Shown: positions 9,859 through 19,334, counted from the stretch's first letter. The stretch: 48,995 nucleotides of DNA from Thermoplasmata archaeon (GCA_035283405.1 DATEUA010000073.1:1-48995); one strand, 5' to 3'. Numbers and translations: made by a program. The notes: generated from the letters alone by a model not told the origin.

Positions 9859-10869
9859 ATGCGCGCCTGGTGCGTCGTCGTGCCGCGGAACCGAGGGGAG
9901 GAGATGCGGCGGTCCCTCCGGGATCGAGGCGAGCTTGTGGAGCATTTGAAGATCCGTGAGGAGCGCGGCTCTCTGCTCCTGCCCACGATCGGCCGCCTGG
10001 AGATCGGCCTCCCGGTGCGCCAGGCGGACTTCGAACCGGGCTACGCCCCCGTGCGAAGCTACCGGGAACTCGTCCGGGTACCGGAGGACCTCCGGGTCTC
10101 CCTGCCGAGGGCCTTCGACGCGATCGGAGACATTGCGGTCCTGAAGATCCCGGAGGAGCTCGAGGCCCACCGGGAGGAGATCGGCCGCGCCATCCTCGCG
10201 TGGGACCGGAAGCTCCGCGTCGTCGCCCAGGACCGCGGGGTCGCGGGCGTCCGTCGGATCCGCCGAATCGAGATCATCGCGGGCGAGGACCGCACGACGA
10301 CGGTCCACGTGGAATTCGGATTGCGGTACCGCGTCGACGTGGCTCGCGCGTACTTCAGTCCGCGGCTGGGCACGGAACGGAAGCGCGTCGCGGACCTCGT
10401 GACGTCCGGGGAGACGGTCCTGGATCCCTTCGCGGGGGTCGGACCCTACGCGATCCTCGTTGCGATAAGGAGTCCTGCGGCGCGGGTTCTGGCGGCGGAT
10501 GCGAACCCCGACGCGGTGGCCCTCCTCCGGGCGAACGTGGCGGCGAACCGGGCGAGCCGCGTGGAGGTGCGCGAGGGGGACGCCCGGGAGGTCCTGCGGA
10601 CGGTCGGACCCGTGGACCGCGTGATCCTCGACCTGCCGCATGCCGCGATGGACTTCGTCCCGGATGCCCTACGGGCCCTTCGGCCTCGAGGCACGCTCCA
10701 CGTCTACGGGATCGTCGAAGAGGCGGAGCGGGAGGATCGGGTCCAAGAGATCCGATCCCTCGGAGCGCGGGAGGAGTGGAGGGCAACGACGATCCGCGTG
10801 CACGACGTGCGGGCGTACTCGCCGACGCAGCACCATGTGGCGTTCGACGTCACGGTGGGTCCAGCGTGA
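9859..10869 (+). CDS. trm5: tRNA (guanine37-N1)-methyltransferase Trm5 family
   Basis: FDAIGDIAVLKIPEEL, FGLRYRVDVARAYFSPRLGTER, VLDPFAGVGPYAI and ILDLPH are typical of Trm5/Taw22. Start at ATG 9859. Confidence 0.85.
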   Translation: MRAWCVVVPRNRGEEMRRSLRDRGELVEHLKIREERGSLLLPTIGRLEIGLPVRQADFEPGYAPVRSYRELVRVPEDLRVSLPRAFDAIGDIAVLKIPEELEAHREEIGRAILAWDRKLRVVAQDRGVAGVRRIRRIEIIAGEDRTTTVHVEFGLRYRVDVARAYFSPRLGTERKRVADLVTSGETVLDPFAGVGPYAILVAIRSPAARVLAADANPDAVALLRANVAANRASRVEVREGDAREVLRTVGPVDRVILDLPHAAMDFVPDALRALRPRGTLHVYGIVEEAEREDRVQEIRSLGAREEWRATTIRVHDVRAYSPTQHHVAFDVTVGPA

Positions 10870-11332
10870 CGCCCCGCTGCCCCTGGTAGGTCCCGGAGCG
10901 ACGCTCGTACGTCTCCGACGCCGGCGAGTCCAGAGTGAGGAACACGACCTGGGCGAACCGATCCCCGATTGGGAGCCCCAGGGCGTCCGCGGATGCGTTC
11001 AGGGAGCCGAACGTCAGGGTGCCGTCGAAGCCCGCATCAATCATCCCGAAGGACGCGACCACGCCCCGACGGGCCCATGTCGTCCGGATCCAGATCTGTC
11101 CCGCGACGTGAGGCCCGAGCCGGATCACCTCGCGGGTGCTCACCGCGAACCGGGCCCCTGCCGGGATCCGCGCGACCCCCTCTGCGACCCGCTGGCCCTC
11201 CGCGGGCAGCGCGATCTCCGCGACCGACACGTCGTAGCCGTTCGGGGTGAGCTGTCGCTCGTCGAACGGTTCGATCCGGATCTCCCCCTTCGCGATGTAC
11301 CGCAGGATGTCCGAATCCGAGAGAACGCCCAC
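10850..11332 (-). CDS. dcd: dCTP deaminase / dUTPase-superfamily protein
   Basis: LSDSDILRYI..G.I.IEPF, LTPNGYDVS, GMIDAGFDGTLT and RSGTYQGQRG. Overlaps the convergent trm5 by 20 nt. Confidence 0.8.
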   Translation of the reverse strand: MGVLSDSDILRYIAKGEIRIEPFDERQLTPNGYDVSVAEIALPAEGQRVAEGVARIPAGARFAVSTREVIRLGPHVAGQIWIRTTWARRGVVASFGMIDAGFDGTLTFGSLNASADALGLPIGDRFAQVVFLTLDSPASETYERRSGTYQGQRGVTLDPP

Positions 11333-11450
11333 CGGCGTTCGTATCGGGACATTCGGGATAATCCTTCCGAGGCGCCCGGGCGGCGATGGTGTGTCGGCGG
11401 CTCCGAAGGTTTAAGGGAAAATCGAACTTAGGCGGCCGCGAGGGATTCGG

Positions 11451-12614
11451 ATGGACTTTCGCCTCACGGACGAACAGAAGCTTGTCCAGGAGACTGCGCG
11501 GGACTTCGTGGACAGGGAACTGGTGCCTCACGTCCGGGAGTGGGAGTCGAAGGGCGAGGTCCCGCGCTCCTTCTACGACAAGATGGCAACGCTCGGGTTC
11601 CTCGGCGCGCCCGTGCCAGAGAAGTACGGGGGCGCGGGCATGGACTATGTGTCCTTCGCGCTCCTCGTCGAGGAGATTAGCCGAGGCTCGTCGAGCGTGC
11701 GCACGACGGTGTCCGTGCAGACGTCCCTCAGCGAGACGACCCTGATGCTCTTCGGATCGGACGCGCAGAAGGAATCGTGGCTCGTGCCCCTCGCCCGCGG
11801 CGCGAAGTTCGGTGCGTGGGCCCTCACGGAGCCGGACGCGGGGAGCGACGCGGCGAACCTGGCGACGACCGCCCGCGCGGATGGAGACTCGTGGATCCTG
11901 AACGGCCAGAAGCGCTTCATCTCGAACGGCGGGCTCGCGGACTTCGTGTTCGTGTACGCGCGCGAACCGGGCTCGAAGCGCCACGAGGGCTTGTCGTGTT
12001 TCATGGTGCCGAAGGGCGCGCCCGGATTCACGGTCACGAAGGTCGAGACGACGACGAAACTCGGACTCAGGGCGAGCCCCACGGCGGATCTCGCGTTCGA
12101 GGACTGCCGGATTCCGAAGGACCATCTGGTCGGGGAGAAGGGGAACGGCTGGGACCAGGTGATGCGCACCCTGAACAGCGGCCGCCTCGGCATCGCGGCG
12201 GGTGCCGTCGGGGTGGCGAGAGCCGCGCTCGAAGCGTCCATCCGGTACGTTCGGCAGCGGAGGGCCTTCGGCCGGCCCATCGGAGACTTCCAGCTCATTC
12301 GGGAGATGGTCTCCGAATCTGCGGTCGAAATCGACGCGGCCCGTCTGCTGACCCTGCGTGCGGCGCACCTGCGCGACCTGGGACTCGACAACACGAAGGA
12401 GGTCTCGATGGCGAAGCTGTTCGGGGCCCAGATGGCGATGCGCGTCACGGACCGCGCAATCCAGATCCACGGGGGCTACGGGTTCAGCGGGGACTTCGAT
12501 GTGGAGCGGTACTTCCGCGACGCGCGGGTCCTCGGCCTGTACGAGGGCACGAACGAAATCCAGAAACTCATCATCGCGGAACAGATCCTCGGCCCGACCT
12601 CGAAGAAGGGGTGA
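11451..12614 (+). CDS. Acyl-CoA dehydrogenase
   Basis: 387 aa. ALTEPDAGSDA, KRFISNGG, the QRRAFGRPIGDFQ region, IHGGYGF and YEGTNEIQ. Confidence 0.9.
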   Translation: MDFRLTDEQKLVQETARDFVDRELVPHVREWESKGEVPRSFYDKMATLGFLGAPVPEKYGGAGMDYVSFALLVEEISRGSSSVRTTVSVQTSLSETTLMLFGSDAQKESWLVPLARGAKFGAWALTEPDAGSDAANLATTARADGDSWILNGQKRFISNGGLADFVFVYAREPGSKRHEGLSCFMVPKGAPGFTVTKVETTTKLGLRASPTADLAFEDCRIPKDHLVGEKGNGWDQVMRTLNSGRLGIAAGAVGVARAALEASIRYVRQRRAFGRPIGDFQLIREMVSESAVEIDAARLLTLRAAHLRDLGLDNTKEVSMAKLFGAQMAMRVTDRAIQIHGGYGFSGDFDVERYFRDARVLGLYEGTNEIQKLIIAEQILGPTSKKG

Positions 12615-12760
12615 GGATTCCCGGCCCTAAGGTCAGGCCTCCATGGTCCATCGAAAGGATCACCGGGGACCCCTGGCCTTCGCGCGGGCAATGCGAGGGC
12701 TTCTCTCGCCCACGGCCCCGCGTAACCGTCGGAATTTTGAAGGGCCGCGGGTGAATTCCT

Positions 12761-13222
12761 ATGACAATGTCCGCGCCAGGTCGGTCCGACTGCATCTTCT
12801 GCAAGATCATCCGGCGGGAGGCTCCTGCGAGCATCGTCCGGGAGGACGACGCGACCCTCGCGTTCATGGACATCCGGCCCATGGTCCCCGGACACGTCCT
12901 CGTCATCCCGAAGGCGCATTGCGTTCTCTTGGAAGAACTGCCTGCGGGCGGAGCCGGGCTGCTCCTCGAAGCGGCGAGAGAGGTCTCCGCCGCCCTGCGG
13001 AAAAGCGGTCTTCCCTGCGAGGCGACCTCCCTGTACGTGGCGAACGGCCGAGAGGCGGGTCAGGAGGTGCCCCACCTTCACATCCACGTCCTCCCCCGCT
13101 CCCGGAACGACGGGTTCGGCCTTCGACCGCCTCCCGGCTACGGGGCGACGCCAGGCCGCGCGGACCTGGAATCGACCGCTGCGCGAATCCGCGAACGCCT
13201 CGGACCGTCACGCGCGGGATAG
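12761..13222 (+). CDS. HIT-family (histidine triad) protein
   Basis: CIFCKII, PGHVLVIPKAH, and the histidine triad HLHIHVLPR. Confidence 0.85.
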   Translation: MTMSAPGRSDCIFCKIIRREAPASIVREDDATLAFMDIRPMVPGHVLVIPKAHCVLLEELPAGGAGLLLEAAREVSAALRKSGLPCEATSLYVANGREAGQEVPHLHIHVLPRSRNDGFGLRPPPGYGATPGRADLESTAARIRERLGPSRAG

Positions 13223-13720
13223 CCCGTCCCGGATCCGGGACAGCTCCTCCGGGGACAGCGCTTCGCGGGCGGCCGGGAAAAGGCTCGCCTTTTCCTTTCG
13301 GAAGTGGTCCCAGAGGAACTGGATTGTGAACAGCCCGTGGCGGTTGAGTTCCTGGATTGAGGGCCACGGATCCGGGGACCGGAAGAGGGTGTCCCGGGCC
13401 TCCGCGAACTTCGCGACTTCCCGGCGTACCTCGTCATGTTCGTACGCCACGACGTTCACGAGGGAGCCGTACCGGCCGAGGGTCGGCTCCAGGACGGGAA
13501 GGACGACCCGCTCCTCCAGGAGGAAGTGGGAAAAGAGCTCCTCCCGGAAGAACCGAAGGGCTTCGTCCACGAGCTCGCGGTTCTCCTCCCTCGCCTCCCG
13601 CCTCACGACCATCTCGTCAAGGACGGCCTCCAATTCGGAGAGCTTCTCGACGAAGTCCGCGTGCTCCGTGAGGAGTCGGGCGAACGGATCCGCGGAGGGG
13701 CCCGCATCCATCGTCGGCAC
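13208..13720 (-). CDS. Hemerythrin-like (HHE cation-binding) domain protein
   Basis: Spaced H/E ligand motifs EHADF, HFLLEE, YEHDEV and DHFRKE in an all-helical 170-aa protein. Confidence 0.6.
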   Translation of the reverse strand: MPTMDAGPSADPFARLLTEHADFVEKLSELEAVLDEMVVRREAREENRELVDEALRFFREELFSHFLLEERVVLPVLEPTLGRYGSLVNVVAYEHDEVRREVAKFAEARDTLFRSPDPWPSIQELNRHGLFTIQFLWDHFRKEKASLFPAAREALSPEELSRIRDGLSRA

Positions 13721-13743
13721 GGACGCCTCGCGGGCCTAAAAGG

Positions 13744-15048
13744 CTACGGGGCGAACCGTGCGGGGGTCCGGGGGAACGGTACGCCATCCCGGATGTGCGG
13801 TAGCTTGCAAATCCACTGGATGAGGCGCTCCATCCCCATGCCGAATCCCGCGTGCTGGACGGACCCGTAGCGCCTCGAGTCGAGGTACCAGTCGTACGCC
13901 TTCGGCTCCTCGCCCTGCTCGACAAGGGACTTCTTGATCGTCTCGAGGTCTGTCTCGCGTTCGCTGCCGCCGACGATCTCTCCCACGTCGTCGCCGGCGA
14001 TCACGTCGAAGGCGAGCACGAGGTCGGGTCGCGTCGGGTCTCGGGCCTTGTAGAATGCCTGAGTGATCTTGGGGTAGTGGGTCACGAAGATCGGTTTCAC
14101 CTTGCCTTCCGTGAGCGCCCGCTCCTCGAGAGTCCGGAGATCCTTCCCCCATTCGACGTCCGTGCCCTTCGCCTTGAGGACCTTGAGCGCGTCCTCGTAC
14201 GTGATCCGGTCGAAGGGCGGCTTCACCGCCCGAAGAAATTCCGGGGTCCGGCCGAGCGCGACGACCTCGTTGGGCCGCTCCTCCGCGACCCGCTGGCACG
14301 CGTGGGAGATCACGCCTTCCGCGTGCTTCATGATGTCCTCCATGCCCGCCCAGGCCTGCTCCATCTCGGCGTGCCAGTATTCCGTGAGGTGTCGCGTCGT
14401 CCGGGACTTCTCGGCGCGGAACGAGGGGCCGACGTAGTAGACCTTCTCCATGGAGAGGGCGAGGGCCTCCGCATAGAGCTGCCACGACTGCGTGAGGTGT
14501 GCCTTGCGGCCGAAGTACTCGACCTCGAAGAGGGTGGCGCCGCCCTCGCTTCCCGCGGGCGTGATCATGGGCGGGTGCACCTCCCAGAATCCCTCGCCCC
14601 GGAAGTACTCGTGGACCGCGCCGAAGACCGTGTGGCGGACACGAAAGATCGCCGTCATGCGCTGCGAGCGAATCCAGAGGTGCCTCACGTCGAGGAGGAA
14701 CTCCTCGCTCAGGTCCTCTTGAATCGGAAATTTCTCGGCATGGTGGACGACCCGGACGGACGAGGCACGTATCTCGTATCCGCCGGGGGCACGTTTGTCC
14801 TCCACCACCTCGCCTCGGACGACGACCGCAGACTCGATCAGGGCTCTCTCAATCGATGCGAATTCGGCCTCCGGCAAAGATCCCTTCGAGACGGTCGCCT
14901 GGACGATCCCCGTGGCGTCTCGCACGACGACGAACACCTTGCCCCCGACCGACCGGATCCGGTAGATCCAGCCTTTCAGCTCGACCTCCTTGCCGACGTG
15001 GCGACCCTGCAGGATGTCCACGATGGCGGCCATGAACTCGCGGGCCAT
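13744..15048 (-). CDS. asnS: Asparagine--tRNA ligase (class IIb)
   Basis: FRAEKSRTTRHLTEYWHAEME (motif 2), GSERE, and GFGMGMERLIQW..IRD..PFPRTP (motif 3). Real start at ATG 15048 (MAREFMAAIVDI). The 61-codon upstream extension is low-complexity and overlaps the neighbouring gene. Confidence 0.8.
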   Translation of the reverse strand: MAREFMAAIVDILQGRHVGKEVELKGWIYRIRSVGGKVFVVVRDATGIVQATVSKGSLPEAEFASIERALIESAVVVRGEVVEDKRAPGGYEIRASSVRVVHHAEKFPIQEDLSEEFLLDVRHLWIRSQRMTAIFRVRHTVFGAVHEYFRGEGFWEVHPPMITPAGSEGGATLFEVEYFGRKAHLTQSWQLYAEALALSMEKVYYVGPSFRAEKSRTTRHLTEYWHAEMEQAWAGMEDIMKHAEGVISHACQRVAEERPNEVVALGRTPEFLRAVKPPFDRITYEDALKVLKAKGTDVEWGKDLRTLEERALTEGKVKPIFVTHYPKITQAFYKARDPTRPDLVLAFDVIAGDDVGEIVGGSERETDLETIKKSLVEQGEEPKAYDWYLDSRRYGSVQHAGFGMGMERLIQWICKLPHIRDGVPFPRTPARFAP

Positions 15049-15062
15049 CCCGGTGGGTCTAG

Positions 15063-15599
15063 ATGACCCTTTCGCGGGACGAAAGAGAGAAGACGTTTGG
15101 GCGCGGTCCCGTCCCGTTGCTCCGTCTCGCAGATCTCGGGGACCTTCGCGAACTTGCCCGCATCGAGGACGAGTGCTTCCGAGAAGGTCGATTCCAGCGG
15201 GGCCATCTGCGCTGGATTCTCCGGAACCCAAAGGCGGTCACGCTCGTCGAGGATTCCGGGCCGTCCCTCTCGGGTGCCGTGATGCTCCTTTTCGAGTCTC
15301 GAGCGTGCCGGGTGCTCTCCGTCGCCGTCCGTCCTGCAGGCCGAAGGAAAGGGCTCGGGTCGGGTCTCATGCGCGCGGCCGAGGGGATCGCCCACGCGCG
15401 AGCCTCGGCGACGATGCGATTGGAGGTCAGCACGCGGAACCTCGCGGCGATCGAGCTGTATCGGCGACTCGGGTACAACGTCGACGGCCTCCTCCCCCGC
15501 TATTACTCCTGGGGCGACGACGCGTATTCGATGAGCAAGCCACTCGACGGGATCTCCGGAGCTCCACCGGAGTCCGCAGCCGCCAGGAATCCGCCATAA
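15063..15599 (+). CDS. GNAT-family N-acetyltransferase (RimI-like)
   Basis: VAVRPAGRRKGLGSGLM (acetyl-CoA motif A) and LEVSTRNLAAIELYRRLGY. The start is uncertain; an in-frame TTG at 15117 is an alternative. Confidence 0.75.
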   Translation: MTLSRDEREKTFGRGPVPLLRLADLGDLRELARIEDECFREGRFQRGHLRWILRNPKAVTLVEDSGPSLSGAVMLLFESRACRVLSVAVRPAGRRKGLGSGLMRAAEGIAHARASATMRLEVSTRNLAAIELYRRLGYNVDGLLPRYYSWGDDAYSMSKPLDGISGAPPESAAARNPP

Positions 15600-15653
15600 T
15601 ATATTTAATTCAATGAATTTAAACCGCGAGCGCTCCGCTGCAAACAATTAAGA
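15596..15653 (+). promoter_or_regulatory. AT-rich intergenic block with TATA-like boxes upstream of pdaD
   Basis: ATAATATATTTAATTCAATGAATTTAAACC ... AATTAAGA is the strongest AT-rich patch in the window. The AATTAAGA box lies ~34 nt upstream of the ATG at 15687. Confidence 0.5.
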
Positions 15654-15686
15654 CGCGAGGAACGTTCCCTCGAACCCGCAGAGCCC

Positions 15687-16154
15687 ATGTTGCCGATTCC
15701 CACGAAATTCTTCGTGACGTCCGGAAAAGCGGTCTCCAAGGTCTCCGACCTGAACGCGTTTGATGAGGCGCTGCAGAACGCCGGATTGTCGGAGCAGAAT
15801 CTCGTCGCGGTGTCGTCCGTCCTCCCCGTTGGAATCAAGGAGTCGCGACGGCGGGACCTCCCGATGGGCGCGATCACGCACTGCGTCCTCGCGCAACAGC
15901 GGGGCGGAGAGGGGGAGACGATCTCCGCGGGAATCGTGTACGGATTCCGGGACGACGGCCACGGAGGCTATGTCGCAGAGGGCCACATGTACGGAACGAA
16001 GAAGTCCCTCCAGGAGATCCTCGAATGGAAGATGGGAGAGATGGCAAAGCTCCGGGGGATCAAGTTCCGACGGATGGAGTACGCCATCGAGGAGCTCAGC
16101 ATCCCCATGGACCACTATGGAACGTGCCTCGCGGCCCTCGTGTTCCTCGCCTAG
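15687..16154 (+). CDS. pdaD: Pyruvoyl-dependent arginine decarboxylase
   Basis: IPTKFFVTSG and the self-cleavage site NLVAVSS-VLP. At 155 aa it fits the PdaD family. Confidence 0.85.
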   Translation: MLPIPTKFFVTSGKAVSKVSDLNAFDEALQNAGLSEQNLVAVSSVLPVGIKESRRRDLPMGAITHCVLAQQRGGEGETISAGIVYGFRDDGHGGYVAEGHMYGTKKSLQEILEWKMGEMAKLRGIKFRRMEYAIEELSIPMDHYGTCLAALVFLA

Positions 16155-16157
16155 TCC

Positions 16158-16634
16158 ATGTACGGCGTGGTCGTCTGCCCGAGCTGCCGCCGCGCGAAGG
16201 GCGTCGATCTGGCCCAGAGGACGACGACGTGCGTCTGCCGATTCGTCATCCGCATCACCCCTTCGAAGGCTCACGCTCGGACGGAGGACGCGCGCCAACT
16301 CGCCTCCCTCGTTGGCCGCGTGAACGCGGAGCTGCGCGGAGGGATCGAGGAGTACGAGAAGGCGACGAGCCCGCGTCCAAGGAGACGATCGACAGAGGCC
16401 CACGCACGAGTCGTGGCCGCGTCCGTGGGCGCGGGGGACCGCGTCCATCGGATCCGTGTCGCCGCGGTCGAGTTGACGCGGGAACTCGAGGTCTTCTCCC
16501 TCGCGGACTGGAAAAGGGTCCTAGAACGGCTGGGGATCGCCGAGCCGGAGCGGGCCCTCGAGACCTTGATCCGCGAACGCATGGTCTTCGAGCCAAAGAC
16601 GGGGTTCTACCGGGCGGTCTCCTTCACTCTTTGA
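16158..16634 (+). CDS. Hypothetical protein with an N-terminal Cys-knuckle Zn ribbon (DUF1922-like from memory) and a helical C-terminal half
   Basis: MYGVVVCPSCRR...TTCVCRF, then an ARTEDARQLASLV helix. The C-terminus (LADWKRVLERLGI...LIRERMV) looks winged-helix-like. It starts 3 nt after the pdaD stop. Confidence 0.5.
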   Translation: MYGVVVCPSCRRAKGVDLAQRTTTCVCRFVIRITPSKAHARTEDARQLASLVGRVNAELRGGIEEYEKATSPRPRRRSTEAHARVVAASVGAGDRVHRIRVAAVELTRELEVFSLADWKRVLERLGIAEPERALETLIRERMVFEPKTGFYRAVSFTL

Positions 16635-17370
16635 CTGGGAGGGCCTGCCGCCGCTCCCGCCGCATCTGTCGACGCACGTCCTCCGGGAGAGTTGCCGGGA
16701 GAACCTCGTCGTAGGCGTAGCGATAGACGATCGTGGCGAAGCCAAGGGCCGTGAGGATCGACACGAGGCCCCAGACGTATTCGATGCTGGGCACCAGCTG
16801 GGAAGGCAGGAGAAACGCTGCGTGGGCGTAGCGGACGCCGACGGCTCGCGCCACGGGCCGCAACATTTGCCCGCGCGACGCGCCGAGGCCGATGAACGAG
16901 CCGGTCGTCGCGTTAACAAGGCTGAGGCCCAAAGAGATCAGCGCGAGCGGGACGATCACACCCGGAAGGAGAAAATCCTGGCCCCCCCAGACGGCGGAGG
17001 CCACGACCGCGGTGGACGCGGCCCCGACACCCAGGGGCACTCCATAGAACGTCGTATCGAAGCGCCCTTGGTAGCTTCGCCGATTCAGATACACGAGTTT
17101 GAAGAGTTCCTCAAAGAGGAGCACCACGGCGAGCACGAGGAGGGACCCGGCGAGATTGCTCCGCGGCAGGAGGACGTTCAGGGCGCTTGCGAAAACGCCG
17201 AAGACCATCCCGACCGCGAGGGAACTAAAGACGCGTCGGTCGTCGAAGAGGCTCTTCGAGACGTGCGGGCGGTCGAATCGGCGCAAGGACACCCAGAGGA
17301 CCGCCAGGGCCGGGCCGATGCCCAGCAGGAGCGCGCCGAAATAGTCGATCTGGGACACTCCATCCGCCAT
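16624..17370 (-). CDS. Polytopic membrane protein, PrsW/CPBP-like intramembrane protease candidate
   Basis: About 7 hydrophobic helices. There is an EExxK motif (LLFEELFKLVY) inside a TM helix and a later conserved His (RYAHAAF). Confidence 0.5.
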   Translation of the reverse strand: MADGVSQIDYFGALLLGIGPALAVLWVSLRRFDRPHVSKSLFDDRRVFSSLAVGMVFGVFASALNVLLPRSNLAGSLLVLAVVLLFEELFKLVYLNRRSYQGRFDTTFYGVPLGVGAASTAVVASAVWGGQDFLLPGVIVPLALISLGLSLVNATTGSFIGLGASRGQMLRPVARAVGVRYAHAAFLLPSQLVPSIEYVWGLVSILTALGFATIVYRYAYDEVLPATLPEDVRRQMRRERRQALPVKE

Positions 17371-17445
17371 GTTACCGTTGGTACGCCCCCCGCTTACTTA
17401 AGGGCCCCGCGCACAGGGTATCGACCCTGACAACGACGCCGGCGC

Positions 17446-17453
17446 CTTTATGG
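17446..17453 (+). promoter_or_regulatory. TATA-like box upstream of the Zn-ribbon/TPR gene
   Basis: CTTTATGG ends 25 nt before the TTG start at 17478. Confidence 0.35.
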
Positions 17454-17477
17454 AGACCCCACGGGGATGGGACGCCG

Positions 17478-19334
17478 TTGAAGCCCGGGAAACAGGCCCG
17501 GGCCCTCTGTCCCGTCTGTCAGGCTCCGATGCCCCCGGACGAGACGGAGTGCCGGAACTGCGGGGCCTTCGTGGTAGACGAGGCGCTTGTGCGCCTGTGC
17601 CGAGCCTTCGGCATCGACCGGCACAAGGCGCTCCAACTCATCGACGCGGGGTTCCGTCACCCGCTGCAACTCAAAGGCCGCGACGTGGACGCGGTCCTCG
17701 AAGGCCACGAGAGCGGACTCCTGTTCCTCTGCACGAACTGCGGGAGCTTCGTTGCGGGTCCGGACCCGGCCTGCGCGAGGTGCGGCGCGGAGTTCGAGGC
17801 CGGGCCGAGGGAACCCCTCGTGACACCCGAGGACGACATCCTTGATCTCTTCATCTGTTCAAACTGCGGGGCCGACAACGAGCCGGAAGCCCGTGAGTGC
17901 GACATCTGTGGCCACGCAATGCCCGACGGCGGGCGAGCGCCCAGAACCCGGGAAGGCCTTCTCGTCTCCGCCGCGGTGACCGCGGAGCCGGGCCTCGAGG
18001 ACGAGGAGACGCTCGCGGAGTTCGATGCCTTGGCGGCGGAGCTGGAGGCGTTCGAGACGGAGACCCGCGAGAACGAGTCCATCACAGCGCGCGAGGGAAG
18101 GACGCGAGACCCTCATGAAGCCACGACGCCTCGTCAGGGGAGTCGGACCGAAGCGGCCGTCTCGACGACACCGTCGAAGGGCCCCGCCGTGCGGAGCCCG
18201 CCCCTGCGATCCGCGGACATCGAGTTCCGCCGAGTCGAGCGGGCCCGGCCCTTGAGGCGGGCGACATGGTTCCGTGCGTTGCCGCGCGATCTCCTCGGTT
18301 GCGGGATCACCGCCACCGCAGTCGGTGCGGTCGCGTCCGCCGCGCTCGCACAGCGCCCCATCCTCTGGGTCCTCGCGGGGATCCTTGGATGCCTGGCCGC
18401 CTACGCGCTCACGGAAGCGTTTCCGTTCACGCGGTTCCGACGGAAACCCCTCGAGGGAGCGGCGGTCTTCGGAGGATCGGCTCTCGCGGTCGCGGCGCCC
18501 CTCGCCGGGATGATAGGGTTCGCCGAGTCGGCCACCATGGTCGTCTCGATCGCATCCGTCGCACCCTTAGGATGGACCCTCCACCGCCTGTGGCGCGGCC
18601 GGTATCGGGCGACGGTGGCTGCCGTCGGGAGTGCGACGATGGGCGCTCTTGCGGTCGCCGCCGCTCAGGGAACCCCCTTCGCCGGCTCGAGCGCGTGGAG
18701 CGTTGGATTCCTCCTCGCCGCCGTCTGGCCGGCCGCGATCGCCCTGGATGAACTTCGCCGGCGCTGGTCCTCCGGCGCGATCCAGGACGAGGTCCGCCGT
18801 GCGGAACGTCACTACATCCGGCGGGAGCTCGACCGGTCCATCGAGGACTTCGACCGCGCGATCCGACTTTCCGCGAAGGCGGCGCCACGGTACGATCTGC
18901 CGTGGTACGGCAAGGGGGCCGCCTTGACGATCGCCGGCAAGTACGAGGAGGCCCTCCGGGCGATCGACCACGCATTGGATCTGAACCCGATGAACGAGGT
19001 CGCCTGGGTGAACAAGGGGAACGCACTGACCCGGATGGGGCGGCTCGTCGACGCCCTTCGGTCGTTCAACGCGGCGATCAAGGTGAACCCGGGGTATGAG
19101 GTCGCGTGGAACAACAAGGGGAACGCCGTGGCCCGACTCGGCCAGTTCGAGGAGGCCCTCCGCTGCTACGAAAAGGCCCTGGAGCTCGACCCGACGTACC
19201 AGGGAGCCTGGGTCAACAAGGGCTACGTCCTCACGAAACTCGGACGGTTCGACGAGGCTGCGGCCTGTGCGGACCGGGCCCTCGAACTTTCGGGCCCCGC
19301 GGCGAGCCTGGATGCGTCCGCGTCAGGTGCCTGA
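17478..19334 (+). CDS. Multidomain membrane protein with three N-terminal Zn ribbons, an acidic linker, about 6 TM helices and C-terminal TPR repeats
   Basis: Zn ribbons at CPVC..CRNC (aa 11-29), CTNC..CARC (85-103) and CSNC..CDIC (127-146). There is an HhH-like segment (GIDRHKALQLIDAGF), then hydrophobic helices over aa ~265-430. At least 5 TPR units follow (WYGKGAAL.., AWVNKGNAL.., AWNNKGNAV.., AWVNKGYVL..). A TTG start is needed to keep the first ribbon. Confidence 0.7.
   Translation: MKPGKQARALCPVCQAPMPPDETECRNCGAFVVDEALVRLCRAFGIDRHKALQLIDAGFRHPLQLKGRDVDAVLEGHESGLLFLCTNCGSFVAGPDPACARCGAEFEAGPREPLVTPEDDILDLFICSNCGADNEPEARECDICGHAMPDGGRAPRTREGLLVSAAVTAEPGLEDEETLAEFDALAAELEAFETETRENESITAREGRTRDPHEATTPRQGSRTEAAVSTTPSKGPAVRSPPLRSADIEFRRVERARPLRRATWFRALPRDLLGCGITATAVGAVASAALAQRPILWVLAGILGCLAAYALTEAFPFTRFRRKPLEGAAVFGGSALAVAAPLAGMIGFAESATMVVSIASVAPLGWTLHRLWRGRYRATVAAVGSATMGALAVAAAQGTPFAGSSAWSVGFLLAAVWPAAIALDELRRRWSSGAIQDEVRRAERHYIRRELDRSIEDFDRAIRLSAKAAPRYDLPWYGKGAALTIAGKYEEALRAIDHALDLNPMNEVAWVNKGNALTRMGRLVDALRSFNAAIKVNPGYEVAWNNKGNAVARLGQFEEALRCYEKALELDPTYQGAWVNKGYVLTKLGRFDEAAACADRALELSGPAASLDASASGA

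Noticed and set aside
11037-12470. 477-aa minus-strand ORF
   Set aside because: Antisense to the acyl-CoA dehydrogenase and off-frame with dcd.
12615-12760. 146-nt intergenic region considered for a small RNA or riboswitch
   Set aside because: I could find no convincing conserved-looking structure, C/D or H/ACA boxes, or tRNA-like arms by eye. This cannot be excluded without covariance-model scans.
15049-15231. 61-codon upstream extension of the AsnRS ORF
   Set aside because: The sequence is low-complexity (GSGESSADGPAG...) and would overlap the divergent GNAT gene. Class IIb synthetase homology begins at MAREFMAAIV.
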